Notes: generated from the sequence alone by a model not told the origin. A DNA stretch of 64,000 bases from an uncultured virus (IMG/VR IMGVR_UViG_3300030060_001311) (IMGVR_UViG_3300030060_001311:1-64000), one strand, 5' to 3'; counted from the stretch's first letter, positions 1 through 11,180 are shown. Numbers and translations: made by a program.

Positions 1-256
1 CGCCTGTTCTACCGATCGTTGCTTCGGCTAACAATGCTGCATCTTTTTCGATTGACATAGGTTCCTCTGTAGGCATTTCTTGACCGCCCATAGGAGGCGT
101 AGCTCTTTGTTCTTCTACTACAGGAGGCATAGTTGGTTTTGTTCCCCCCATAGAAGCTAATCCACCTCGCATAGGGTTCATAGGAGGTCTAGGAGGCACG
201 TTTTGTGTACCACCCATTGTTCTTATGTTCATTAAATCTTCTATTCCGTTCGCCAT
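1..256 (-). CDS. Pro/Met-rich late (probably virion-internal) protein, N-terminal part, truncated by window start
   Basis: ATG at 256 just after the 258..1121 stop; reads MANGIEDLMNIRTMGGTQNVPPRPPMNPMRGG... open to position 1. Confidence 0.75.
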   Translation of the reverse strand, partial: MANGIEDLMNIRTMGGTQNVPPRPPMNPMRGGLASMGGTKPTMPPVVEEQRATPPMGGQEMPTEEPMSIEKDAALLAEATIGRTG

Positions 257-257
257 T

Positions 258-1121
258 TTATCTCCGTGGTCTAAAGCCTGATTGGAACACTTGAGTTAGT
301 GTATCGTTTTGTTGATTCAAAGGCAACCTCGATAAGCCACTATCAAGCATATTATTATTACCCATAGGTACTGCACCGCCTTGATTCATTCCTGGAGCAC
401 TACCGAATTCAGCAGGATCCATTGGTCTTGTATATCCTGCCATAACATTATCTAAAGGTCGTTCGTAAGGTATTACTGTTTCGTATGATCTAGGTGCAGG
501 TGGTGGTATATAAACTTCTGGTGGAGGTGTTCCTGGAGGTCCATCTCCTCCTCCGTCAACAAATCCTGGAGGTAACTCTCCTGTTTCAGGATCTCTAACT
601 ATAACAGGGTTATTAGGATCTCCTGGAACTAAAACTAAATCTCCACCTGTTTCAGGATCAACAAAAGGATAATCAGGTAAGGGGCTATCAGATACAGGAA
701 TATCTACATCGATTACATCACCTATACCAGGATCAAATGGTTGTTGACCTACAAGATTATAAAAATCATTTATATTAAAATCAACCAAGCCTAAGTCTGG
801 AAGATCAAACATAGGAACTGGTTCAGGCGTAGGTGTATTAAATACTTCTGTATATGGATTATTTAAAGGTTGTCCGAATATTGTAGGATTAAAATTTGTG
901 TAATCTATATTTGGTGCTGTTGGTAATGACGCTATTCCTTGCTCTGCTTCAGTTGCTTGTGTATCTTTAAAATCAGCAACGTCTGCTTCATATTGATCAG
1001 TTGCGTTACCTCTAGCAAGGTTCGCTTCTTTACGCATTTCCATAATATCAACTAATTCAGGATTCATAATTCCTGACATATCGAAATCTTCGAACATATT
1101 ATTTGTAAACAATCTATTCAT
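258..1121 (-). CDS. Acidic Pro-rich hypothetical late/virion protein
   Basis: 287-aa ORF coupled to 1121..4414 in ejection-protein block. Confidence 0.6.
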   Translation of the reverse strand: MNRLFTNNMFEDFDMSGIMNPELVDIMEMRKEANLARGNATDQYEADVADFKDTQATEAEQGIASLPTAPNIDYTNFNPTIFGQPLNNPYTEVFNTPTPEPVPMFDLPDLGLVDFNINDFYNLVGQQPFDPGIGDVIDVDIPVSDSPLPDYPFVDPETGGDLVLVPGDPNNPVIVRDPETGELPPGFVDGGGDGPPGTPPPEVYIPPPAPRSYETVIPYERPLDNVMAGYTRPMDPAEFGSAPGMNQGGAVPMGNNNMLDSGLSRLPLNQQNDTLTQVFQSGFRPRR

Positions 1122-4100
1122 TATAAATTACCTCTTATACCGTTAACGATTGGTAAAAAAGCCTCATTAAATTGTAATCGAGATACTTCCTCGGGAGATT
1201 TAACACGTTTTTCTTCTGTATCATAATATTCTAAAGTATTAGCGATATCACTTAAATAAATACTTTCATAACTATTTAATGTTCTAATAAAATTATTTAA
1301 AGTTTTTCTACCAGTTATTGTATCTACGTATGACTTAAATAAATTTTCGTCTTGTAAAACTTTACCCATAAACCTTAAATTTCTTTCACCAATAAGTTTA
1401 TCTAACGCAGTCATTCGTCTACCGAATTGTGTTAAAGGAGGAATAAAAAATCTTCTAGCATATTCAGTGCCTGTATCGGTAATTTCATCTTTCATTTGAG
1501 CTCTTACTGCAGCTTGTCTTGGAGAACCGAAATTATCATATTCTCGCATTGCTATATCACGAATAACTTCTAAGTTTTTAAAGAAAGAATCTGTTTCGTC
1601 GCCTAGTAATCTTCTGTATACACCTTTAAAACTTAAATCATCCCCTACCATACCTGCAGGAGCAAAACCCTCGTTAAATAATCTATCTAATTTTCGTGGA
1701 TCAAATAAACCATCTGTTTGCATTCTTGTTACAAGATATTTTTTAGCACCGTCTTTTATTTGTGATTCTAAAATAACTCTTTCTGCAGGAGTTGCCATTG
1801 ATAATAAATCATCTAAGAAATCTAAATCATCAATTAACTCACCAGACATTTTTGCTGTAGGACTTGAATCTAAAATTTTACTTACAATATTAAATGGATT
1901 TCCCTCACCATATTTTTGTTCCAATAAATTATATTTTCTATTTAATTTTTCTATTGGTTCAATAACAGTTTCGTTAAAAGCTTTACCTGTTTTAGGAAAT
2001 CCTTTTTCAAAAAATTCTTTACCGAACACTGCTTCTAAAGTTGCTTGATTTTGTTCTATAAACTGTTTATAGTTTTTAGCTAACACATTTGGTGCAGCAA
2101 CTGAACTGTCTAAAAAGTTTCTTTTTATATGATCAATTAAACCATTTTGTATTCCTCTTATTTCTGGAACACTTCCTGTTTCTGTAAGAAAATCCATCAA
2201 CTCATCCGCTTTTGTATTTACTAATGGTTTGTTTTTATTTCCTGTACTTAATAAAAAGTTAATAACTCCTTCAGGCTGTTGTTTTGCCATATCTTTAATA
2301 ACTTGTTTATTAGCTCTATCGTATACCATACGTTGAGCATCAAATAAATCTATTAATTTTTGTGCATCTTTTTTAGGTAAATTAGAACGTATCGTTTTAA
2401 ACATTTGATTTTCTATAGCATCTTGTAAATCTTTTGTTAAATTAAAAGTTCTTAAATCTCCTGGACTTTTGCTAGGATCGATACCTGAACGAATACTATT
2501 TATATCTATTCTTAATTGATTAATTTCAGGCAAGGTTAAATCACCCTCACTATATTTAGTAAGTCTTTCTAACGCTTCTTCACCAAATGTTTCTTTATAT
2601 AATTTTCTTATTTGACCTTTTCCAGGACTTGCTAAACTTCCTGTTTTACCTTCAGCCGCTGTTTTAAAATTTAATATTTGTTTTCTGATAGGTCTAGAAG
2701 TAAATGTAAGGTCTGCTATTCCTGAATCTAATAAAGCATCATCAACAACAGTATTTATTTCATCTTTATAAGTTCTACTTATTTCGTTTATACGATTTGT
2801 TAATCTTGGATAAAGATCAGTAGCTGCTTTTTCATCTAATACTTTAGAAAAAATAGGAGTTTCATCACCGACTGTTTTAATATTATCAATTTTTAAAATA
2901 AGATTTTCAATACTTTCTTCTGAAGTTCTAACAAACTCTTCTTTACGTCTACCCATTAAATTTAACAATTCTCTACTAATTGTTGCACCTGTTACGTTAG
3001 GGTCTAGTTTATCAAAAAGTTTACCAAATAATTTTTGTATAACTTCTTCGTTTCCTTTCATTGCTTCGTCATAAAAATTCTTGTACGCAGGATTATTTGT
3101 GCCTTGAATTAACATAGCTTCTATATCAGCGATAACATCTTCTTTTGAAGCTTTAGCTAATGTTGGTTTATAAGTTAGTTGTTCTCCTAAATCGTTAGTT
3201 AATCCTTCGATAGCTTCATCAATATCTAATAACGTAACTTCTTCATCACGACCTGCAAGAGTTGTTACTTTTTCACCTTTTTTACTTGCCCGTTTACGTT
3301 CTATAGCTGCTCTAATTGAAGCTACTTGTTCTGCTCCTAAATCTTTACCTAAAACAGCTCGGTAGAGTTTCGGTAAACCATTCATAAATGCATCAATCGT
3401 TTGATTACCGCCGTAAGCTAATAAAAATGTCCACCCTGTTTCCTCCATCATATCTTCAATAGAACGATTATGAGCACCGTTTGCAGCTCCGATTAAACGT
3501 TGTACAAATCTTGCACCTGCAGCACCACCTGCTAAAAACACATTACTTGATACACTATCAAAAAATTTTCTTGTTATTGGACGATCTGCTAAAAATTTAA
3601 TATCTTCTTTACGTAAAAAAGCATCAAAATGTTTTAAACCTTTTAACCCAAAAGCTACTTCAGTTCCTATGGTAGGAACTTCTTGTTGAGCAAATTCTAA
3701 AATATCTAATGGTCTTACAGTCGGTGAATCAAATATTTGTGGTTCTTTACCTTCTTCTATATACATAGAACCAAGTGAAGGATTAGAGGGATCAATCGGT
3801 ATGAAATTTCCAGGAAGACTTTCAGCAAATCTTCCTCCGTCCATATTTTCTTTTGCATAATTTAGATCAGAAAATATAACATTGGGCGGTGCTCCTCTTG
3901 CTAATTGATTTCTAAAATTTCTAATTCCAGGAAAATCTAATTCATTAAACGGATTCCATCCTAGATCACCTATTTCTTTAGATGCATCGTAACCAAAAGG
4001 TTTAAAAGGTGGTTGTGGTTCTTGTACGCTTTCAGGATAGTTTCCTCTTACGTATTGTATCTGTCTTCGTTCACGTAATTTATCTATGTTTTGATTATAA

Positions 4101-4414
4101 TCTTCTAGTTGTTGAGCGTATCCAGAAAAATAATCGGTGTCTTCATATTGAAAAGGAGCTCTATCGTATGTAGTAATTTTAGGAACAACAATTTGATTAA
4201 AGTTTGTTATTTGTTGATCAATAACATCAGCACCTTCTGATGCAATAAATCTATCACGTAAATACGGAATACTTTTTAAAGCTGCGACTTTTAATTCATC
4301 AGAATTAAGAACATCACCATAAGTTTTATTAGGGTTATTGTCTAATGGTGTTTGACTTACTGAATCAACCCCTCGTGCTAAAAGTTCTTCTAAAGTTGGT
4401 TCTACTGTTGCCAT
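1121..4414 (-). CDS. Large internal virion (ejection) protein, putative
   Basis: 1097 aa, helical composition, last of three increasing-size ORFs typical of podovirus ejectosome genes. Confidence 0.6.
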   Translation of the reverse strand: MATVEPTLEELLARGVDSVSQTPLDNNPNKTYGDVLNSDELKVAALKSIPYLRDRFIASEGADVIDQQITNFNQIVVPKITTYDRAPFQYEDTDYFSGYAQQLEDYNQNIDKLRERRQIQYVRGNYPESVQEPQPPFKPFGYDASKEIGDLGWNPFNELDFPGIRNFRNQLARGAPPNVIFSDLNYAKENMDGGRFAESLPGNFIPIDPSNPSLGSMYIEEGKEPQIFDSPTVRPLDILEFAQQEVPTIGTEVAFGLKGLKHFDAFLRKEDIKFLADRPITRKFFDSVSSNVFLAGGAAGARFVQRLIGAANGAHNRSIEDMMEETGWTFLLAYGGNQTIDAFMNGLPKLYRAVLGKDLGAEQVASIRAAIERKRASKKGEKVTTLAGRDEEVTLLDIDEAIEGLTNDLGEQLTYKPTLAKASKEDVIADIEAMLIQGTNNPAYKNFYDEAMKGNEEVIQKLFGKLFDKLDPNVTGATISRELLNLMGRRKEEFVRTSEESIENLILKIDNIKTVGDETPIFSKVLDEKAATDLYPRLTNRINEISRTYKDEINTVVDDALLDSGIADLTFTSRPIRKQILNFKTAAEGKTGSLASPGKGQIRKLYKETFGEEALERLTKYSEGDLTLPEINQLRIDINSIRSGIDPSKSPGDLRTFNLTKDLQDAIENQMFKTIRSNLPKKDAQKLIDLFDAQRMVYDRANKQVIKDMAKQQPEGVINFLLSTGNKNKPLVNTKADELMDFLTETGSVPEIRGIQNGLIDHIKRNFLDSSVAAPNVLAKNYKQFIEQNQATLEAVFGKEFFEKGFPKTGKAFNETVIEPIEKLNRKYNLLEQKYGEGNPFNIVSKILDSSPTAKMSGELIDDLDFLDDLLSMATPAERVILESQIKDGAKKYLVTRMQTDGLFDPRKLDRLFNEGFAPAGMVGDDLSFKGVYRRLLGDETDSFFKNLEVIRDIAMREYDNFGSPRQAAVRAQMKDEITDTGTEYARRFFIPPLTQFGRRMTALDKLIGERNLRFMGKVLQDENLFKSYVDTITGRKTLNNFIRTLNSYESIYLSDIANTLEYYDTEEKRVKSPEEVSRLQFNEAFLPIVNGIRGNL

Positions 4415-6060
4415 CAGCTTACAATAGATCCTGGTTGTACGGTCAAATCAATATCTTTAAAAATTTTATCTTGTTCTGCTTTTTCTTTTTGTTGTTCTTT
4501 TAAAGATTTACGTCTTTCAAAACCTCTAAATTTATCGACAGAATCTATACCTTGGTTTCTTGTATAAAAATCTATATACGTATTAAAATTATCGTCTGAA
4601 GTATACCAACGTCTCATTAATCTTTGAAAATTAGGATCTTCTTTATATTCTTCTACCTCTGCTTTAATTAAACGACCATAACCTGTTTTAGCTTGTTCGT
4701 CTGCTCTTTGAACTAATTGATCTCCGAAAGCTAATAAATTATCTTTTAAAATTGTAGGATCTTGAGTTGCACCAAAACCAACCATTTGTAAATGGAAAGC
4801 TAAATCTTTATCAGAAAGAGTTCTACCTGTTTGACCGTTTGCAGCAGCAGCTTGATATGCTAAAGATAATAAATTAGCTTGTGCTCTTACGTTTTGATAA
4901 CCAATTTCTTGAAAAAGATTTCTTATACCTAAAGTTTCTAAATAATCAGCATTAGCTTCTTCAAATCTTTTTAATTCTATTTCTATTTGTGTATCATTTC
5001 CACTTTTTATAGCCTCATATAAAGCTTTAGCATTATCACCTGTGCCTTCTCTACCTCTTGATCCACCTATACCGTCTCGTACATCTGTTGCATCGGCAAA
5101 ATAATTATCTATATTTCCTCCGCCGAGCATTGCACCTGCTTGATCAAAATTAGCAAGACCACTATTAGCTATATTAGTTAAGGATGATAAAAAAGAAACA
5201 GGATTCATTTTAGGATCTTTTTCTGCTACTTCAAGTGCATCAACAGTCTCACCTATTGCTACAGTTACTCCTAAAAGAGCTGATTCTTGTGCACGTAATG
5301 TCCCGTCTAATTTTAGATATTCATCATAAGCTTTCTTTTTAGCGTCATCTAAAAACGGATTAGAGTTGCCACCCTCTAGAAATGATTTAGCTTGAACTAA
5401 ATTTCTACCAGACTCAGCAACATCTTCAAACTCACGAGTTTCTTCATTAAAATACTGAAAATTACCTGCAGGATCAAATTGACCCATAAAATACATATTC
5501 GCAGGATCACCAGTTGAGGCAGCATCTTTATCCATTAATAATACACTTTGATTTCTAGGTGTCATTTGTGTTGATATATATGAAGCTTTAGCTGTTTTTG
5601 TTCTAGCATCTTGTGCATCTTTAGCCTTTCTTAAATTAAGGAAAGTACTAGCATAATCTTTAGCACCACGACCCATTTGAGAAGCAGCAACAATATTAGC
5701 TACATCACTTATTCCAAACCCTGGATTTTGTGGTGTTGGTCCATATAATTTATATGCGTCTAATTGTGTTTGTTGTAATTTAGTTGGATCTTCTGGATCT
5801 GCTCCAATACTTACTAAATATTGTGAGTCTGTTAATCTTTCGGGTTGTTTTTGAAGAGCACTAAATATACCTTCCATTAATAAAGGAGCTAGTGGTGCAA
5901 ATGTTTCTTTACTTGTAGGTTCTAACGGTCGTCTTTGTGGAGTAAATCTAGAAGTAGGAAACCTAATTTGTGCAGGATTTAATTGCACAGGCGTAATTCC
6001 AGGACTTTGTTTACCCCCAAACTGAGGAAAAGGATTTAAACTTGGTATTCCGTTTGCCAT
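4414..6060 (-). CDS. Internal virion (ejection) protein, putative
   Basis: 548 aa Ala/Gly/Asp-rich helical; synteny. Confidence 0.55.
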   Translation of the reverse strand: MANGIPSLNPFPQFGGKQSPGITPVQLNPAQIRFPTSRFTPQRRPLEPTSKETFAPLAPLLMEGIFSALQKQPERLTDSQYLVSIGADPEDPTKLQQTQLDAYKLYGPTPQNPGFGISDVANIVAASQMGRGAKDYASTFLNLRKAKDAQDARTKTAKASYISTQMTPRNQSVLLMDKDAASTGDPANMYFMGQFDPAGNFQYFNEETREFEDVAESGRNLVQAKSFLEGGNSNPFLDDAKKKAYDEYLKLDGTLRAQESALLGVTVAIGETVDALEVAEKDPKMNPVSFLSSLTNIANSGLANFDQAGAMLGGGNIDNYFADATDVRDGIGGSRGREGTGDNAKALYEAIKSGNDTQIEIELKRFEEANADYLETLGIRNLFQEIGYQNVRAQANLLSLAYQAAAANGQTGRTLSDKDLAFHLQMVGFGATQDPTILKDNLLAFGDQLVQRADEQAKTGYGRLIKAEVEEYKEDPNFQRLMRRWYTSDDNFNTYIDFYTRNQGIDSVDKFRGFERRKSLKEQQKEKAEQDKIFKDIDLTVQPGSIVS

Positions 6061-7208
6061 TATATATAACTTCCAAACATCGGATTACCATAAAAACTAC
6101 CTATACCACCAAACCTAGGATCTCCACCGTATTGTGTTCCTGTATTTAATGAAGGAGCATACATCGAATTAGTTGTTGGTGTAGCACCTGCATAACCGTA
6201 ACCACCTGCCAACGGTCCAAGAGCCGCAGTAATCGAACCAACGTTTTGTAATGTTTGCATCGGTAAGTTGTATTGACCAACAAAGTTTTGATAACCAAGA
6301 TCCATAAGAGATTGTTGTCTGCCTCTACCTAGTCCACCTAAAGCTAATTGTTGATTAATATCGCTTTGTTGTAATTGTGGTAATGCAGAAGCTAATCCCA
6401 TATAACCTTGACCAATACTTCCTAGCCCTTGCGTAAACTGAGAACCTAATCCTGCTAATCCTTGACCGCCTTGTAATCCCATACCAAACAATCCTTGACC
6501 TAATTGTCCTTGTAATCCTGCAAATCCTGCTTGTCTATTTTGTTGATTTTCAAAAGCATTTTGTGCTCTAGTTGCTGCATCTTGATAACCACCTGAACGT
6601 ATTCCTGCAATAGCTTCTGCTACTCCACGTTCTTGTTCCCTAGCTAGTTCTCTTTGGGCTAATCTACCACGTGACCCACCGAAAGCTCCAGAAGATACAG
6701 CTCTATCTCTAAGAGCCATATCTTGTTGTACTCCTTGTCGGTCTAAATCTGTAAGAGTTTGTTGAACAACAGCGTCTTCAAAAGGATTATAAAAACCACC
6801 TGCTCTTCTTGGATCAAAAGATCTTGTAGATCTTTGACCTGAAATATTAGCTAAATTTGTTAAATTTCTACCCGCAGTTATACCCTCAGATATTTCGTCA
6901 GCACCACGAACAACACCTGCTCTTGATACGTCTGCTGCTTCGTCTAATAATCCTGCTTGTGCACCTAAATATGGTCTATAGCTACCGATAGCTGAATCTG
7001 CCAAATCCATAGCATATCTTTCTCTAGGATCGAACTGAGCTACTCGTGGACCTGTGTAAGTAAACGGACTGCTATCAGGGCTACCTAAATTACTAAACTG
7101 GTCAGTTAAAAATTGTTGTGCGTAAGGAAAAATACCTGTACGTAAAAAATCACCTATATAACCCGCGGGGGCTTGTGACGAAAATTCTTGTTCTTCTCTA
7201 GTTGCCAT
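6060..7208 (-). CDS. DNA-ejection/pilot-type internal virion protein
   Basis: Gln/Gly/Ala-rich; FYNPFEDAVVQQ and SGAFGGSRG motifs seen in podovirus pilot proteins. Confidence 0.65.
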   Translation of the reverse strand: MATREEQEFSSQAPAGYIGDFLRTGIFPYAQQFLTDQFSNLGSPDSSPFTYTGPRVAQFDPRERYAMDLADSAIGSYRPYLGAQAGLLDEAADVSRAGVVRGADEISEGITAGRNLTNLANISGQRSTRSFDPRRAGGFYNPFEDAVVQQTLTDLDRQGVQQDMALRDRAVSSGAFGGSRGRLAQRELAREQERGVAEAIAGIRSGGYQDAATRAQNAFENQQNRQAGFAGLQGQLGQGLFGMGLQGGQGLAGLGSQFTQGLGSIGQGYMGLASALPQLQQSDINQQLALGGLGRGRQQSLMDLGYQNFVGQYNLPMQTLQNVGSITAALGPLAGGYGYAGATPTTNSMYAPSLNTGTQYGGDPRFGGIGSFYGNPMFGSYI

Positions 7209-7211
7209 AAA

Positions 7212-8165
7212 TTATCCGTATCTTAAATTTCCCATTTTATTAAATGCTTCTAAACGTGCTAATCCTTTAGCATGACTGCCGTTACCAGCAGCATCGACTG
7301 CGGCTTTAGAAAGCATAAACTCACCGTTACTAGCCATTACTGGTATCATATCATCTTTAGGACCTCCAGGACCTCTCATCTGTCCTCCGTGAGGCATAAA
7401 CATCGGTCGTTTTAATGCTGTACCTTCGTTAGCAAACGTAACTTTAGAACCGCCAATCGGTTGTATATTCATTTGTGCTGATCTTCTACGTGCTGAATTT
7501 CCTGGAAGTGTTTGTGTTCTAACCATACTACCTTTACGTTCAGGTTGATCAGTCATTAAAGCAGCGAGAACTTTAGTTAATGAACCTACTCCTGTTTTAA
7601 ACAACTCTGGATCTGTTGCATATATATTAGCAAACTTTTGCATATTTGTTTGTTCTTGTCCTACTACAGGAGTTTTAACATCATCAATGGTTATTTTTCC
7701 TATACCGTTTTCACTAGCTTCTTGTTGTGCTATTTGATCTACCATGGTTTCTTCTAAAGGTTTTTCCATTATAGGGTTTGCAAAATTAACTGAATCAGCG
7801 TATTGTTTAAAATCTATTGCTAAGTCTGGGAATAAATCAAAAAGTCCTCCACCATCACTTTTATTTTGAACAGCTCCACCGAATGCAAGACTAACTAAAC
7901 CTTCGGGATCAACTCCCGCTTGTTGTAACATAGCGATTAATTGTTCTTCTTCAGTTAAGTTTTGTGGTTCTGTTATATTTTCAGTTTCAAAATCACCAAA
8001 ATCTTGTACCTCAGTACCTTCGACAGGAGTAACTTGAATAGGAGGTCCAGGATCTAAAGATGGAGCAGTTCCTCCACCGATAGGAGCTTTAGGATCATTA
8101 CGCGTATTACTAGCATATTTTGCTGTTGCTAAAGAAACTAATGCAGGAACAATAATCTCTAACAC
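7212..8165 (-). CDS. Internal virion protein, putative
   Basis: C-terminal GGQMRGPGGPKDDMIPVMASNGEFM resembles the GPGxxxxDxIPAMLSNGEFV motif of ejected virion proteins. Confidence 0.55.
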   Translation of the reverse strand: MLEIIVPALVSLATAKYASNTRNDPKAPIGGGTAPSLDPGPPIQVTPVEGTEVQDFGDFETENITEPQNLTEEEQLIAMLQQAGVDPEGLVSLAFGGAVQNKSDGGGLFDLFPDLAIDFKQYADSVNFANPIMEKPLEETMVDQIAQQEASENGIGKITIDDVKTPVVGQEQTNMQKFANIYATDPELFKTGVGSLTKVLAALMTDQPERKGSMVRTQTLPGNSARRRSAQMNIQPIGGSKVTFANEGTALKRPMFMPHGGQMRGPGGPKDDMIPVMASNGEFMLSKAAVDAAGNGSHAKGLARLEAFNKMGNLRYG

Positions 8166-8272
8166 TAGAATCTACTCCTAGCTTTTGTTTTCTTGCCTTT
8201 AGACGAATAAATTACGAAGTCAGAACGACGACCTTTATTCTTTTTGTATGTCTTTTTATCAACTCCAACCAT
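8165..8272 (-). CDS. Small basic protein (35 aa), not in ORF track
   Basis: MVGVDKKTYKKNKGRRSDFVIYSSKGKKTKARSRF*; GAGG RBS; TAG overlaps next GTG start. Confidence 0.6.
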   Translation of the reverse strand: MVGVDKKTYKKNKGRRSDFVIYSSKGKKTKARSRF

Positions 8273-8367
8273 TGTTTCCTCAGCGTTTATAAACGTTTTG
8301 CGAGTTATAGCTCACCCCGTAAACTGCAGCACATGGCTGAATATTTGATTATATATCAAAGAAAGGA

Positions 8368-8550
8368 CTAATGTAAAACTCTTTTGTAAGAATCCTCGTT
8401 AGAATCAGTGATGATTACGTCAAGCATACCGACTACATTTACAGCGTATAACTCCGCAGTTTCTTCTGCAGCTTCAAATGACTCTGCTATGATGTTAGGA
8501 CCTTCGTACATAAGTCCGTCATGTAAAAACTCTGTAATAAAAACTCTCAT
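8368..8550 (-). CDS. Hypothetical protein
   Basis: 60-aa ORF coupled to upstream stop. Confidence 0.55.
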   Translation of the reverse strand: MRVFITEFLHDGLMYEGPNIIAESFEAAEETAELYAVNVVGMLDVIITDSNEDSYKRVLH

Positions 8551-8900
8551 CAGCCGCTTAAAGGATTATCACTTTTATTTTCTAATTTACTTAAATCTCT
8601 TTCAAGACTTTCTAAATCAGCTTTTATTGTAGCAATATCTGTTTTTATTTCAGTAACATCAGGCACTTGAATATTATCTATTTCTTTTTCAAGAAACTGT
8701 ACAGACGTTTCTATAGAAGCAAAACGTTCTTCGATAATTTTCATCTCGTCTTCTGCTTCATCTACTCCGCCTATTTTAGCTTCTAAATTTTCTATACGAT
8801 TAACATAAGTTGCACCCGTATATCCAAACCCTGCAAGAGTTGATACTATTGTAGCTAATGCTATTAGTTGTCCTGTCTTACTTTGAAACCAGTCCATCAT
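8550..8900 (-). CDS. Membrane-anchored coiled-coil protein
   Basis: N-terminal hydrophobic helix (LIALATIVSTLAGFGY) then heptad repeats. Confidence 0.6.
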   Translation of the reverse strand: MMDWFQSKTGQLIALATIVSTLAGFGYTGATYVNRIENLEAKIGGVDEAEDEMKIIEERFASIETSVQFLEKEIDNIQVPDVTEIKTDIATIKADLESLERDLSKLENKSDNPLSG

Positions 8901-8909
8901 AATTATCTC

Positions 8910-11180
8910 CTATAAAGGTGGTTGTGAATTTATTATATCGTTCATTTTGGTTATATTACTACCTGCTAGTTCATAAAAAGCATTTATATTGTCAGATAAG
9001 GTATTTGTATATATAGTTTTAGACTCATACCACTGATCTTGATCCGTAAGTGCGAGAGTTTGATAAGTATTAAATCCTGGAACAAAACCCATATAAGCAA
9101 TAATTGTATCTTCTGAACCATATTCACCTGTTTCTTCTTGTTGGGCTTCTACTTCTTCTTGTGCTGTTTGTAAATTTTGAGCTATTAAGTCTTCTACCGT
9201 ACTATCTGCATCAGAAGAAGTATCCATAGAACTTATAGAAGTATCTATTTGATCTTGTACTGTATTAGTATTTACCGTAGCTACAACCACTGACGAACTA
9301 ACATCAGTAGAACTTATAGAATCCCCCGTAGAGGAACCAGAAACGGACATAGAACTCATATCCAATACTTGATTAGTTTGCACGGTTGCTGAAGCAAACT
9401 GATCAGACATACTCGGAGAAGAAGTCGTGCTTATACCTGCTGTACTAGAAGAAGCTCCTGTTGAATTCATAGTAATACTATTACCCGACGCAGCACTTGT
9501 TCCACTTGCATGAACACTATTACCTGCTGTTGTGCCACTAACACTTTGTGTGGCTGTAGCTATCGTAGAAGAAACAACTCGTAAAGCTATTTCTCTACTA
9601 ATTGAACTTTCTCCTCGTGTGTTTTCTCTTTCAGCTATTTGAAATTCTTCTTGAAACACTTCTTCAAACTCTTCTACGATTTCTTCTCTTTCAATACGTT
9701 CTTCTTCTATTTCTGCTTCAGCCATACGTTCTTCTATAGCTTCAAATATTTCTTCTACTGCTTCCTCTTCAAATATTTCTTCTATAAATTCTTCTTCAGG
9801 TTCATCGCGTTCTGCAAATTCTTCTTCGTGCCGTTCTTCACGATGTTCTCTAGTTTCTTCTTCAAACCATTCTTCTAATTCTTCTACGTTATTAAATTCG
9901 ATAAAAGTTTCAGGCTCACTATAATCTTCAACTAAAAATGTTTCTTGAAATATAAATTCTTCTATTAGTATGTCTTCTTGATGATGAAACGGTTCGTCAT
10001 GACGAGGGCTAAAATCGTCTATAAAAGGCAAAGGGTCAGGCTCATAAAAAACAATAAATTCTTCTACAAACGGATCTTCAAAATAATCATTAAGGTTATC
10101 TCCAAACTCTTCAAAAGGCGGAAACATTTCTTCTTCGAATATTTCTATAATTTCTATTGGATCTTCAAAACCTAAATTATCGTGCTGTTGATGATGATCG
10201 TCTCTAAATACTCCTGTAGCAAATTGTTCTTGCTCGTCTACGAAACCGTAGTCAACATTTCTGTCATCAAAGAAAGCCACTGATTCTTGTTGTCTGTATC
10301 CAGGACAAAAAGGTGCGTATTGCGGATCTTCATCACATTGTTGGTCATCATATGCCGCCCAGTAATTAGGACATTGTTGACTATAAAGCTGACTTATATT
10401 ACATTGTTGGTTTAATAAAGCATCTGCATAACCTGAACAGCTAGAATCATTTAACGGATCGCTACAATCAACTCCGTTACCTGTGCCTACTCCGTATAAA
10501 CTACCGCCTCCCTCAAGCAAAGTATTAGACGAAGTATTGTTCCAATCAGTATTAACACAGTTATTAGTATTAGTCGTGCCTACATTACATTCATCGTGAA
10601 ATAAATATTGATAAACTTGCGAAGATCCACTACCTACCTCGCCTATAATTACATCATGGTTAATAATATCTAGTTCGTCATACCGATATTCAAAAGTATT
10701 ATTAGACCACAAAATAACTTCAAAACTATTATCACTATTACGATTGTACTCACGCATATCGTACCAACCGAAAATCATTTTACTGTTATCGCCATAAGAC
10801 TTCATACGTGAATTACTGTCTCTAATAAGGTCTGTCCAAAACGGAAACATGGTGTAAGTGTATTGAGAGCCTATGGGATCAGGTGTGTAATCACCGCAAT
10901 AATTATTATAATTTATATTGCCTGTGCCTAAACCGAAATGTAAGCAACCGTTAGTTGCCATTCGTGCAGCGTCAAATGTTTGACCATAAAAAGTAAAATT
11001 AAAAGGTATTGCTATAGTTGTAGAAAGTTGGTCATCCCCAACTTCATAAGCTAGTTCGCCTTCAAAATTACCTGCATTTTTCTGTAATTGAAATAAATCT
11101 TGATTAGCTTCGTAAATATATTGACTAGCTAAATTAAAACTTAATAAAGCAATTAATCCGCAAAATATTCTTTTCTGCAT
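8910..11180 (-). CDS. Secreted multidomain protein (nidogen-like beta domain, Cys-rich repeats, Glu-rich and Ser/Thr-rich tracts)
   Basis: Signal peptide MQKRIFCGLIALLSFNLAS; DDQLSTTIAIPFNFTFYGQTF...TNG...PFWTDL pattern; low-complexity tracts. Confidence 0.55.
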   Translation of the reverse strand: MQKRIFCGLIALLSFNLASQYIYEANQDLFQLQKNAGNFEGELAYEVGDDQLSTTIAIPFNFTFYGQTFDAARMATNGCLHFGLGTGNINYNNYCGDYTPDPIGSQYTYTMFPFWTDLIRDSNSRMKSYGDNSKMIFGWYDMREYNRNSDNSFEVILWSNNTFEYRYDELDIINHDVIIGEVGSGSSQVYQYLFHDECNVGTTNTNNCVNTDWNNTSSNTLLEGGGSLYGVGTGNGVDCSDPLNDSSCSGYADALLNQQCNISQLYSQQCPNYWAAYDDQQCDEDPQYAPFCPGYRQQESVAFFDDRNVDYGFVDEQEQFATGVFRDDHHQQHDNLGFEDPIEIIEIFEEEMFPPFEEFGDNLNDYFEDPFVEEFIVFYEPDPLPFIDDFSPRHDEPFHHQEDILIEEFIFQETFLVEDYSEPETFIEFNNVEELEEWFEEETREHREERHEEEFAERDEPEEEFIEEIFEEEAVEEIFEAIEERMAEAEIEEERIEREEIVEEFEEVFQEEFQIAERENTRGESSISREIALRVVSSTIATATQSVSGTTAGNSVHASGTSAASGNSITMNSTGASSSTAGISTTSSPSMSDQFASATVQTNQVLDMSSMSVSGSSTGDSISSTDVSSSVVVATVNTNTVQDQIDTSISSMDTSSDADSTVEDLIAQNLQTAQEEVEAQQEETGEYGSEDTIIAYMGFVPGFNTYQTLALTDQDQWYESKTIYTNTLSDNINAFYELAGSNITKMNDIINSQPPL

